Positions 49,433-58,812 of a DNA stretch of 64,000 nucleotides are shown one piece after another. Location of the stretch: the NCBI GenBank assembly GCA_045047075.1, contig JASFYP010000022.1, positions 23,654-87,653 on the forward strand. Reading direction: 5' to 3'. The notes under the pieces are model-generated. The model was not told where the DNA came from and ran no database searches. It worked only from the letters and a program-made list of their open reading frames with translations. The stretch is from Flavobacteriaceae bacterium (GTDB taxonomy: Bacteria; Bacteroidota; Bacteroidia; Flavobacteriales; Flavobacteriaceae). The number at the start of each line of letters is the position of its first letter. Positions within the stretch are counted from its first letter, which is position 1. Position numbers and translations under genes: made by a program.

Positions 49433-51232
49433 ATGAAAAGAAATCTACTCTTATTATTATCAATGCTATTTATTAGCATTTCAATTTTTTCACAACAAGC
49501 GTATTATAATGATGTTAATTTAACTTTAACAGGTACTATATTAAGAGATGAATTAGGTGCAAAAGTTACCAATACACATACAAATTCTTTAAGTTATACA
49601 CCAGGTATATGGGAAGCATCTAGAATTACTGATCAAGACCCAAATAATTCATCAAATGTAGTTTTGATTTACGGTTGGGAAGACGGTTCTGATGGTGATG
49701 TAACAAATGATCTCTCGAGAAATAAATTTTCTGACGGAGGAAATGTGGGTGATTGGAACAGAGAGCATACGTTCGCAAATTCTTTAGCAAATCCTGATTT
49801 AGACGCTTCAGGAACAAGTGGTCCGCCTTATGCTGATGCTCATAATTTAAGGCCTTGTGATGTTCAAAGAAATGGGCAACGAGGTAGTTTAAAATTTGCT
49901 ACTGGTTCTGGTAATTCTGGAAGCTCTAATGGAGGATGGTATCCTGGAGATGACACAACTGGCGGAACAGATTGGAGAGGAGATGTAGCTAGAATTATTA
50001 TGTATATGTATATTAGGTATGATTCACAATGTAATCCATCACTTGTAGCTATTGGATCTACAAATTCAATAGATGCAAATATGATAGATTTATTGTTAGA
50101 TTGGAATGCTTCAGATCCTGTATCATCTGTAGAGGATGCAAGAAATACATACCATGAAAGTGGTGGAACATACTCCCAAGGAAATAGAAATCCTTTTATT
50201 GATGAACCCTATTTAGCTACATTAATTTGGGGTGGTACTCCTGCAGAAGATCGTTGGGGTATTTATGGAAGTGGCGACACAGAAACTCCTTCGATTCCGG
50301 CAAACCTTATAACATCAAACCCAACAAGCTCTACTGTAGATTTAACTTGGACAGCTTCAACAGATAATGTTGCAGTTACCAGTTATGATATTTATGTTGA
50401 TGGCAGTTATGACTCTTCATCTGCAACCAATTCACATACAGTTACAGGTCTAGCATCAACAACAACTTTTACATTTACGGTTTTAGCTAAAGATGCTGCA
50501 AATAATGTATCTGCCCAAAGTGCATCTGCTAACGGAACAACTTTAGAAGGCGCTACCAGCGGCTCAACGTGTTTAACAGAAACCTTTGAAAATATTCCTG
50601 CAAGTTCTAGTTCATATGCAACTCAAAATTGGACTGGAGACAATGGGTCTGCATGGGAAGCAACAGATGCAAGAACTGACCAAACATTAAATACAAGAGC
50701 TCTTACAATTAGGAATGGTATATTAACAGCACCTACAACTGCTGATGGAATTGAAACCTTAACAGTTACTACTATGTTGGTGTTTTCGGGTTCTAGCGGT
50801 ACTTTTGATTTAAATGTGAATGGAATTTTTAAAGGCACTATTCCTTATGGTGCATCTGAACAAACAACAGTTATTCCAAATATTGATGTTACAGGAAGTG
50901 TAACTATCGTTTTTGACAATAACTCAAGTGGATCTAACAGAGTTATGTTTGATGATCTAACTTGGACTTGTTTTTCTGCTTTAGCTATAGATGATTATAA
51001 TCTTGAAAATATCAGAATTTATCCAAATCCTGCGTCAGGAAGTCTCTTAACAATTGATGCACTTGATAATGTTACCATAGCTATATTTGATATTCTAGGC
51101 AAGCAAATTTTGAAAGATGAAATTTCTAGAGATGATAATCAAATTGATATTTCTCGCTTAAATAGCGGAATATATCTCATACGGTTACAAACTGAAAATG
51201 GATCGGCTACCAAAAAATTTATAAAAAGATAA
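49433..51232 (+). CDS. Secreted endonuclease I-family nuclease with FN3 domain and T9SS CTD
   Basis: WNREH, D.HNLRP, RG..AR...YM..RY, QGNRNPFID; FN3 P.IP.NL...W..STDN..V..Y; CTD IYPNP. Confidence 0.9.
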   Translation: MKRNLLLLLSMLFISISIFSQQAYYNDVNLTLTGTILRDELGAKVTNTHTNSLSYTPGIWEASRITDQDPNNSSNVVLIYGWEDGSDGDVTNDLSRNKFSDGGNVGDWNREHTFANSLANPDLDASGTSGPPYADAHNLRPCDVQRNGQRGSLKFATGSGNSGSSNGGWYPGDDTTGGTDWRGDVARIIMYMYIRYDSQCNPSLVAIGSTNSIDANMIDLLLDWNASDPVSSVEDARNTYHESGGTYSQGNRNPFIDEPYLATLIWGGTPAEDRWGIYGSGDTETPSIPANLITSNPTSSTVDLTWTASTDNVAVTSYDIYVDGSYDSSSATNSHTVTGLASTTTFTFTVLAKDAANNVSAQSASANGTTLEGATSGSTCLTETFENIPASSSSYATQNWTGDNGSAWEATDARTDQTLNTRALTIRNGILTAPTTADGIETLTVTTMLVFSGSSGTFDLNVNGIFKGTIPYGASEQTTVIPNIDVTGSVTIVFDNNSSGSNRVMFDDLTWTCFSALAIDDYNLENIRIYPNPASGSLLTIDALDNVTIAIFDILGKQILKDEISRDDNQIDISRLNSGIYLIRLQTENGSATKKFIKR

Positions 51233-51245
51233 TTTTTAGTTGATC

Positions 51246-51295
51246 GTCAGTTCGAGTTGTTTTCTTGAAGAATGAAAGAAAATTGTATCGAGAAC
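51246..51295. repeat. REP-like element (gtcagttcgag ... tgtatcgagaac)
   Basis: Hairpin with gttc/gaac ends and ttttctt/aaagaaaa inner stem just after the nuclease stop. Confidence 0.55.
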
Positions 51296-51310
51296 TTTTT
51301 ATTAAAATTC

Positions 51311-51340
51311 AGCCTCGTTAATTCGGGGCTTTTTTCTTTT
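51311..51340 (+). terminator. Intrinsic terminator
   Basis: agcctcg / cggggct stem plus T tract. Confidence 0.75.
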
Positions 51341-51364
51341 TAAAATACTCCTATCCATATTTCC

Positions 51365-51403
51365 CTTTGTGCACTTTGCGAAACCCTAGCGTACTTTTCG
51401 GTT
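51365..51403. repeat. Short degenerate tandem of ~10-bp ctttgcg-type units
   Basis: ctttgtgca-ctttgcgaaa-ccctagcgta-cttttcggtt. Confidence 0.45.
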
Positions 51404-51503
51404 AGCTCCACCTTCTTTTTTTATACATTATTATTAACAAAACTATTTAAAATGAGATTAGAATAATTATTTTTGCAACTTATCAAACCACAAACACACC
51501 ACA

Positions 51504-54500
51504 ATGATTCTTTTCTTCGGAAACACTTCTAAAAAAGTTTTTGCAGTTCAGGTAACTTCAAAACTTTCGGCTGAAAACACTAAAAAGTTAAACTGGTTGT
51601 TCGGCAACCTACCCCAAATATCTCAAGCGTCTATTGACGCTTTTTTTATTGGTCCACGTGCCGCTATGATTACTCCGTGGAGTACCAATGCTGTTGAAAT
51701 CACCCAAAATATGGCGATTGAAGGCATCATCAGAATTGAAGAGTTTATTGCGAAGCCAGAAAAATTTACACATTTTGATCCGATGATTTCTCAGAAATAC
51801 GCTGAACTAAATCAAGATGTGTTTACTATTGATACACAACCAGAACCAATTTTAGAGATTGATGATATTGCAGGATATAATCAGCAAGAAGGATTAGCAT
51901 TGAACGGTGAAGAGGTTGAATACTTAGAAAATCTCTCTAAAAAATTAGGAAGAAAATTAACCGACTCTGAAGTCTTTGGATTTTCGCAAGTGAATTCAGA
52001 ACACTGTCGCCACAAAATATTTAACGGAACTTTTATTATTGATGGTGAAGAAAAACCTACTTCATTATTCAAGATGATAAAGGAAACTTCAAAACAATTC
52101 CCTAACGGAATCGTATCTGCTTACAAAGACAATGTCGCTTTTGTAAAAGGACCAACAGTAGAACAGTTCGCTCCTAAAAGTGGAGATAAACCAGATTATT
52201 ATGAAAAAAAACAATTTGATTCTGTAATTTCATTAAAAGCCGAAACGCATAATTTCCCAACAACCGTAGAGCCTTTCAACGGAGCTGCAACTGGTTCTGG
52301 TGGTGAGATTCGTGATAGACTCGCAGGCGGAATGGGATCCTTACCTTTGGCAGGAACCGCAGTTTATATGACTTCATATTCTAGATTAAAAAAGAATCGT
52401 CCTTGGGAAAAAGCGATGGATGAAAGAGATTGGTTGTATCAAACTCCGATGGATATTTTAATAAAAGCATCTAACGGAGCCTCCGATTTTGGAAACAAAT
52501 TTGGGCAACCTTTAATTTCTGGTTCAGTTTTAACTTTTGAACATAACGAAGAAAATGATATGGCTTCGAACGGAGCAAAGAAGAGAAAACTAGGTTATGA
52601 TAAAGTCATCATGCAAGCGGGAGGAATTGGATTTGGAAAAGCTGATCAAAGTATCAAGCAGAAACCTCAAAAGGATGATAAGATTGTGCTGTTAGGTGGA
52701 GATAATTATAGAATAGGAATGGGTGGTGCTGCGGTATCATCTGCTGATACTGGAGAATTTAGTTCGGGTATCGAATTAAATGCAGTGCAACGCTCCAATC
52801 CTGAAATGCAAAAACGTGCTGCCAATGCCATTAGAGCAATGGTAGAAATGGATGTAAATCCAATTGTTTCAATTCACGATCACGGTGCTGGTGGGCATCT
52901 AAATTGTTTGTCAGAATTGGTTGAAGAAACTGGTGGATTAATCGATTTAGATAAATTACCTGTGGGTGACCCTACCCTATCGGCTAAAGAAAAAATTGGT
53001 AACGAATCTCAGGAACGTATGGGATTGGTCATCAACAAAAAAGATATTGATTTCTTACACCGAGTTGCTGAGCGAGAGCGTTCGCCAATGTACACCGTTG
53101 GTACGGTTACTGATAATAATCGATTTACTTTTGAGTCAAAAACAACTGGTGAAAAGCCGATGGATTTTGCTTTGGAAGATATGTTTGGCTCATCGCCAAA
53201 AACAATCATGGATGACAAAACAATCGTCAGAAAATATGATGATATCGAATATTCACAAGAGAATATTCATGACTATTTAGCGCAAGTTTTACAGTTAGAA
53301 GCTGTGGCGTGTAAAGATTGGTTAACCAACAAAGTTGACCGTTGTGTTACAGGTAAAGTTGCCAAACAGCAAACTTGTGGACCTTTGCAATTACCACTAA
53401 ATAATGTTGGGGTGATGGCATTGGATTATAATGGTAAAGAAGGAATTGCAACGTCGATTGGACACGCACCAATTGCTGCTTTGATTGATGAAAAAGCAGG
53501 TTCTAGAAATGCAATAGCCGAATCATTGACAAATCTTATTTGGGCACCATTAGAAGATAATTTAGATTCAGTTTCTCTATCAGCCAACTGGATGTGGCCT
53601 TGTAAAAATGAAGGGGAAGATGCAAGATTATACAATGCTGTAGAAGCTGTATCGCAATTTGCAATCGAATTGGGAATCAATATTCCGACGGGAAAGGATT
53701 CACTTTCAATGAAGCAAAAATATCCGAATGAAGAAGTAATTTCTCCAGGTACTGTGATTATTTCGGCGGCGGGACATTGTAACAATATCAACCAAGTTGT
53801 AGAGCCTGTTTTACAGAAAAAGGGGGGGGATATTTACTATATTAACCTATCTCAAGATGATTTTAAATTGGGCGGAAGTTCTTTTGCGCAGATTAAAAAT
53901 AAGATTGGAACAGAGACTCCAACTATTAAAAATTCAGAAAAATTCAAAGTAGCATTTAATGCGATTCAAAATCAAATTAAAGCAGGTAACATTTTAGCAG
54001 GTCACGATATTTCTGCTGGCGGAATCTTAACCACCTTATTAGAATTATGTTTTTCTGATACGAATTTAGGAGCGTCTATCGACTTATCTGAAGTCAATGA
54101 AAAGGATACTGTAAAATTATTATTTTCAGAAAATAGCGGAATTATAGTTCAAGTAAATGATAACCTTACTTTTGAAAATACTTTAAAAGAATCTGATGTT
54201 GAATTCTTTTGGATTGGTACGGTAGAAGATAATGCACATCTTCATATTGCAAATGGAGAACGCCAATTATCATTTGATATTCCGCAGCACAGAGATATTT
54301 GGTACAAGACCTCTCACCTTCTCGATCAAAAACAATCGGGTAAAAAATTAGCAACAGCACGTTTTAAAAATTATAAAGAACAAGGATTGGAATTTGTTTT
54401 CCCATCTGAATTTTCAAATACATTAGACGTTATTGCGAATGAAATGAAGCAATCTCATTCTGGCACAAAAATCAAAGCAGCAGTCATCAGAGAAAAAGGA

Positions 54501-55214
54501 TCAAACTCAGAAAGAGAAATGGCGTATGCGATGCAACTCGCAGGGTTTGACGTTAAAGATGTTCACATGACCGATTTGATTAGTGGTCGTGAAACCTTGG
54601 AAGATATTCAGTTTATAGTTGCAGTTGGTGGGTTCTCAAACTCAGATGTATTAGGCTCTGCCAAAGGATGGGCAGGAGCATTTTTATACAACGAAAAAGC
54701 AAAAACTGCCTTAGATAATTTCTTTGTAAGAGAAGATACTTTGTCTTTAGGAGTTTGTAATGGTTGTCAACTATTTATCGAATTAGGGTTGATAAACAAA
54801 GGCCATAAAGAAAAACCAACAATGTTACACAACGAATCTGGTAAGTTTGAATGTAACTTTACTTCGGTAGAAATTCAGGAGAATAATAGTGTTTTATTAA
54901 ATTCTTTAGCAGGCTCAAAACTCGGAATTTGGGCTGCACACGGAGAAGGGAAATTCTCTTTCCCATACGAAGAAGATCAGTATAATATTGTGGGAAAATA
55001 TGGATATGATGCATATCCTGCAAATCCAAATGGATCAGACTTTAACACCGCAATGCTAACTTCTGAGTGTGGAAGACATACGGTGATGATGCCACATTTA
55101 GAGCGTTCTACGTTCCCATGGAACTGGGCACATTATCCAAAAGAAAGAAAAGAAGATGAAGTAACGCCTTGGGTGGAAGCCTTTGTGAATGCTTATAAAT
55201 GGTTGCAGAAATAA
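51504..55214 (+). CDS. purL: Phosphoribosylformylglycinamidine synthase (large fused type)
   Basis: SEHCRHKIFN, KAETHN.PT...PF.GAATG.GGE.RD, HD.GAGG, NESQERM, GKDSLS, GGFS..D.LG, GVCNGCQ, AHGEG, MPHLER. Confidence 0.97.
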   Translation: MILFFGNTSKKVFAVQVTSKLSAENTKKLNWLFGNLPQISQASIDAFFIGPRAAMITPWSTNAVEITQNMAIEGIIRIEEFIAKPEKFTHFDPMISQKYAELNQDVFTIDTQPEPILEIDDIAGYNQQEGLALNGEEVEYLENLSKKLGRKLTDSEVFGFSQVNSEHCRHKIFNGTFIIDGEEKPTSLFKMIKETSKQFPNGIVSAYKDNVAFVKGPTVEQFAPKSGDKPDYYEKKQFDSVISLKAETHNFPTTVEPFNGAATGSGGEIRDRLAGGMGSLPLAGTAVYMTSYSRLKKNRPWEKAMDERDWLYQTPMDILIKASNGASDFGNKFGQPLISGSVLTFEHNEENDMASNGAKKRKLGYDKVIMQAGGIGFGKADQSIKQKPQKDDKIVLLGGDNYRIGMGGAAVSSADTGEFSSGIELNAVQRSNPEMQKRAANAIRAMVEMDVNPIVSIHDHGAGGHLNCLSELVEETGGLIDLDKLPVGDPTLSAKEKIGNESQERMGLVINKKDIDFLHRVAERERSPMYTVGTVTDNNRFTFESKTTGEKPMDFALEDMFGSSPKTIMDDKTIVRKYDDIEYSQENIHDYLAQVLQLEAVACKDWLTNKVDRCVTGKVAKQQTCGPLQLPLNNVGVMALDYNGKEGIATSIGHAPIAALIDEKAGSRNAIAESLTNLIWAPLEDNLDSVSLSANWMWPCKNEGEDARLYNAVEAVSQFAIELGINIPTGKDSLSMKQKYPNEEVISPGTVIISAAGHCNNINQVVEPVLQKKGGDIYYINLSQDDFKLGGSSFAQIKNKIGTETPTIKNSEKFKVAFNAIQNQIKAGNILAGHDISAGGILTTLLELCFSDTNLGASIDLSEVNEKDTVKLLFSENSGIIVQVNDNLTFENTLKESDVEFFWIGTVEDNAHLHIANGERQLSFDIPQHRDIWYKTSHLLDQKQSGKKLATARFKNYKEQGLEFVFPSEFSNTLDVIANEMKQSHSGTKIKAAVIREKGSNSEREMAYAMQLAGFDVKDVHMTDLISGRETLEDIQFIVAVGGFSNSDVLGSAKGWAGAFLYNEKAKTALDNFFVREDTLSLGVCNGCQLFIELGLINKGHKEKPTMLHNESGKFECNFTSVEIQENNSVLLNSLAGSKLGIWAAHGEGKFSFPYEEDQYNIVGKYGYDAYPANPNGSDFNTAMLTSECGRHTVMMPHLERSTFPWNWAHYPKERKEDEVTPWVEAFVNAYKWLQK
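54429..54456. repeat. REP-like half element translated in frame within purL (VIANEMKQS)
   Basis: gttattgcgaatgaaatgaagcaatctc is complementary to both ends of the intergenic arm at 22345-22380. Confidence 0.7.
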
Positions 55215-55232
55215 CATCCACATAAATAATAG

Positions 55233-55265
55233 AAATCCTTAGCGTCATTGTTAGGGATTTTTTTT
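55233..55265 (+). terminator. purL terminator
   Basis: aaatccttagc / gttagggattt stem (with G-U pairs) plus T tract. Confidence 0.75.
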
Positions 55266-55276
55266 ATTTTTATCTT

Positions 55277-56659
55277 ATGAAAAGAAACTTAACTGCCCTA
55301 TTCCTTTTTATTAGTGTTTTTGCCTTCGCTCAAACGAATCTGAGTGAAATAGAAATCAACCTTATCAATCTGAGTTTAGAAAAAAGTTTCACTTTAAAAG
55401 AAGCTTCTCACGAACTTTCTATCGATAGTATTGAAAGTAAATCTATCCGTCAAAATTTTATTCCAACCTTAGAATTGGATGCAATGTATGGCTATGGTGC
55501 CAGCAGAATTAACGTAGATGTTCCAACGGTGCAACTTCCTATTACTGGAACTGAATTATTTGAAGGCGAATCTAGATTTGATGCCGCAGGTCAAGTTTTT
55601 AACACCAATCTAACCGCAAAAGCTTTATTGTTTTCTGGACTTCAGGTAAATTATGGTTCTAAAGCTTCGGAAGAAAAAATCAAAGCAAAAAACTTTATGT
55701 TGAATGCTACCAAGTCAGAAATCATTAAAGATGTAATCGATACTTTTGACAAAATAGAATTGCTTCATAAAGCTGAAAGTGTTATTGAGGTTAGTGAAAA
55801 AAGATTGGCAAAAGAAAAAGAACGCGTTATAAAAGCCATCAAAAACGGATTGGCAATTCCTTATGATCGTCAAAAATTTACCGCAGCCGAATTAAACTTA
55901 GCTTCCAAAAAAGCAGCACTTTATGGCAATATGAGTTTGCTCTACATGAAACTTTCTATGCTCACCAATGTGGATGTTGCAACCTTAGAAAACTATCAAT
56001 TTGAGTTGAAGCCTTGGTTGTTACAAAACAGTTCTAATACTTATAAAGATAGACCAGAACTGAAAGCCTTAGATGCTTCGGTGAATGCTTATGATTATAA
56101 ATTAAAAATGAATCGGAATGCGTTTTTACCGAAAGTACAAGCACTCGCGACCTTGTCTTATTCAAATATATTCAACGCTAATTTACAAACTCCTTATTCT
56201 TTACCAGGGGGTGAAAATGTAAATTTAGAATTGAATAAATTTGAATTATTTCCTGCTTATTTCTTGGGCGTTGGAATGCATTGGGAACTTTTTAGTGGAT
56301 TAAAAAACTCCAACGAAACCAGTAAGACAACTATCGAAAAAAGTATTGCTGAAGAAAAGAAAAGCGATGTAGAAGAAAAATTAGCGCTTTTTGCTAAAAA
56401 GGTTCAAGTAGATTTTGAAGTGAAAAATCAACAGTTATTATTTAAGCAACAAGAAAAAGAAGTATCTTTTAACACCTTGAATCTTGCTATAAAAAGTTAT
56501 CACGAAGGGCTCATTTCTATTACCGATAGATTAGAGGCTGAAACCGATTTTCAAGAAGCTGCACTTAATTATTATAAACTAATTGCCCAACAAAGAATGG
56601 CAGCAGTTGAGCTGCTAATTTCCACCGGAAATTTACAAGTAGAAAACTTGAATCATTAG
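55277..56659 (+). CDS. TolC-family outer-membrane efflux protein
   Basis: Signal peptide, two-repeat helical/beta architecture, FLP.V.A...Y, Y..G. Confidence 0.88.
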   Translation: MKRNLTALFLFISVFAFAQTNLSEIEINLINLSLEKSFTLKEASHELSIDSIESKSIRQNFIPTLELDAMYGYGASRINVDVPTVQLPITGTELFEGESRFDAAGQVFNTNLTAKALLFSGLQVNYGSKASEEKIKAKNFMLNATKSEIIKDVIDTFDKIELLHKAESVIEVSEKRLAKEKERVIKAIKNGLAIPYDRQKFTAAELNLASKKAALYGNMSLLYMKLSMLTNVDVATLENYQFELKPWLLQNSSNTYKDRPELKALDASVNAYDYKLKMNRNAFLPKVQALATLSYSNIFNANLQTPYSLPGGENVNLELNKFELFPAYFLGVGMHWELFSGLKNSNETSKTTIEKSIAEEKKSDVEEKLALFAKKVQVDFEVKNQQLLFKQQEKEVSFNTLNLAIKSYHEGLISITDRLEAETDFQEAALNYYKLIAQQRMAAVELLISTGNLQVENLNH

Positions 56660-56671
56660 AAAATTATTACA

Positions 56672-57655
56672 ATGAAAAATAAAAAACAACTACTCATTCT
56701 TATAATTCCTATACTCATTATTGTTATCGGAATTATTCTTTTATACATCTTAAAACCAAACGAAAATAACAACCGTGTTTTTGTAGGATTATTTGAAACT
56801 ACCGAGATTCGTGTAGCTTCAGAAATCCCTGGACGAATAGAAACCATTTATATAAAATTAGGAGACAAAGTTGAAAAAGGACAACTTTTAGCAACCATCG
56901 AAAGTGATGTTCTCGATGCTAAAATTCAACAAGCAGAAGGAATGTATGAAGCTGCATCAGGTGTAAATGACAAAGCAAATTCTGGAGCTAGAAAACAAGA
57001 AGTAGTGGCTGCCGGGGATCAATATAAAATGGCTAAAAGTCAATATGAGTTTGCTGAAAAATCACACAATAGATTAGCTAAAATGGCAAAAGATAGTTTG
57101 GTTTCACAACAACAACTAGACGAAGTTACCTTTAAACGCGATGCAGCTTTTGACCAAATGAACGCTGTAAAATCTATTTTTGAAATGGCACAAGAAGGCG
57201 CTAGAATTGAAGATAAAAAAGCCGCCAAAGGACAAATGAATGCTGCCGGAGGAATGGTAAGTGAAGCCAAAGCCTATTATAAAGAATTAGAAATTTACGC
57301 TCCAGTTTCTGGAGAAGTTTCTTCAAAATTAGCAGAGGAAAGTGAAGTGATGCCAGCAGGATACCCCTTATTTACGATTCAGAAATTAGAAGATATTCAC
57401 GCAGTAATTCACGTACGAGAAGACTTTTTAAAAGATTTTAAAATGGGAACAGAAATCACTGGAACATTACCTGCTTTTAACAATGAATCACAAAAATTCA
57501 AAGTGACTTATATTGCTCCAATGGCAGACTTTGCCGATTGGATTCCCACCGCAGATAAAGGGCGTTTAGATATGAAAACTTTTGAAATTCATCTAACTCC
57601 AAGTACAAAAATTGAAGGCTTACGACCAGGAATGAGTATTAATATCGAACTTTGA
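56672..57655 (+). CDS. HlyD-family membrane fusion protein
   Basis: S..PGRI..I....GD.V.KG..L, coiled coil, I.AP.SG.V, LRPGMS. Confidence 0.92.
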   Translation: MKNKKQLLILIIPILIIVIGIILLYILKPNENNNRVFVGLFETTEIRVASEIPGRIETIYIKLGDKVEKGQLLATIESDVLDAKIQQAEGMYEAASGVNDKANSGARKQEVVAAGDQYKMAKSQYEFAEKSHNRLAKMAKDSLVSQQQLDEVTFKRDAAFDQMNAVKSIFEMAQEGARIEDKKAAKGQMNAAGGMVSEAKAYYKELEIYAPVSGEVSSKLAEESEVMPAGYPLFTIQKLEDIHAVIHVREDFLKDFKMGTEITGTLPAFNNESQKFKVTYIAPMADFADWIPTADKGRLDMKTFEIHLTPSTKIEGLRPGMSINIEL

Positions 57656-58812
57656 AAATCATTCTTCAAATAGTTGTTCGGGAGTTATTCCGACTTAAAA
57701 AAAGGCCTGCTGCTTGGGTGTTACTTTTGGTAATTCCTATTGGTATTTTCTTTTATCTCGGTGCTATTTACGAGGAAGGTGCTATCGAGAAAGTAGATAT
57801 TGCTGTGCTTGATTTAGATCATTCGGACTTGAGTAGAAAGGTGATTCAAAATGTAGAGGCTGCTCCAAAATTAGATATTGTTAAATTTTTAAACTCCAAT
57901 GATAATATTGATGAAGTGTTTATCAATCATCCCGATATCAAAGGGTTTTATGTGATTCCGAAGAACTTTCAGAAGAATATTTATCGTGGTCAACAAGAGA
58001 AATTGTTGGTTTATACGAATTCTTCCAACATTATTTACGGAAATTTAATTTACAAAGAAGCAGCTACATTTATCAATACGATGTCGGCAGGAATTAATTT
58101 AAATTCCTTTAAACTCCACGGAATTCCTCACGAAAAAGCCTTGAAAATGGTGATGCCTATAAAGGTAATAACCAAACCTCTTTATAATTCGTATTACAAT
58201 TACTTGTATTATTTAATCCCAGGTTTAACGACTGTTTTGTTGCAAATGATTGTCTTTTTTTTAGCAGCACGATCTATTAATTCTGAACATACCAACGACA
58301 CTTATAATGAACTTTTAACACTCACAAAGGGAAGTATTTTTAAAATCATCTTCGGAAAATTAATTACTTATACTCTCTTAGGTTTTTTGGTGGGCGTATT
58401 TATTTTTTCAGTAGTTCATCCACTTTTGGGTGTTCCTACAAATGAGGCTATACTCCCGTTTTTGTGGGTAGTTTGGGCCTTTGTAATGGCAAATGCGATG
58501 TTGGGAATTATGATTTCTACCATCTTTAAAAACGAAGCCATTGCGATGGATATTTCATTTGTGTATAACTCGCCAGCCTTTGTGTTTAGTGGATTTACTT
58601 TCCCGATTATGGCGATGCCAGCTTTTAATGCTTGGTATGCACAACTCATTCCGTACACCCATTTTTTAAATGCTTTTTTAAAGGGAATTGAAATGAATAC
58701 TCCTTTTTCATTTTTAAGTCAGCAGGTGATTAATTTGTTGATTTTCTTTTTGGCGGGCTATGTAGTAACGGTGAGTATTTTATTGTTTCAAAATAAAAAA
58801 GTTACAATATGA
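57652..58812 (+). CDS. ABC-2 type permease (YbhR/YbhS-like) 1
   Basis: IAV.DLD.S.LSR, YN...Y..YL.PG, SGFTFP..AMP, P.THF; TTG start overlaps the HlyD stop. Confidence 0.88.
   Translation: MKIILQIVVRELFRLKKRPAAWVLLLVIPIGIFFYLGAIYEEGAIEKVDIAVLDLDHSDLSRKVIQNVEAAPKLDIVKFLNSNDNIDEVFINHPDIKGFYVIPKNFQKNIYRGQQEKLLVYTNSSNIIYGNLIYKEAATFINTMSAGINLNSFKLHGIPHEKALKMVMPIKVITKPLYNSYYNYLYYLIPGLTTVLLQMIVFFLAARSINSEHTNDTYNELLTLTKGSIFKIIFGKLITYTLLGFLVGVFIFSVVHPLLGVPTNEAILPFLWVVWAFVMANAMLGIMISTIFKNEAIAMDISFVYNSPAFVFSGFTFPIMAMPAFNAWYAQLIPYTHFLNAFLKGIEMNTPFSFLSQQVINLLIFFLAGYVVTVSILLFQNKKVTI

Noticed and set aside
51410-51503. Possible purine or ZMP riboswitch upstream of purL (and upstream of guaB)
   Set aside because: The leaders are short, AT-rich and lack recognisable aptamer motifs; a promoter element lies close to the start codon.
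52550-52585. Apparent extra loop in PurL (NDMASNGAKK) possibly derived from a repeat
   Set aside because: Similarity to any repeat in the window is too weak and this loop is length-variable in PurL; it needs an alignment.
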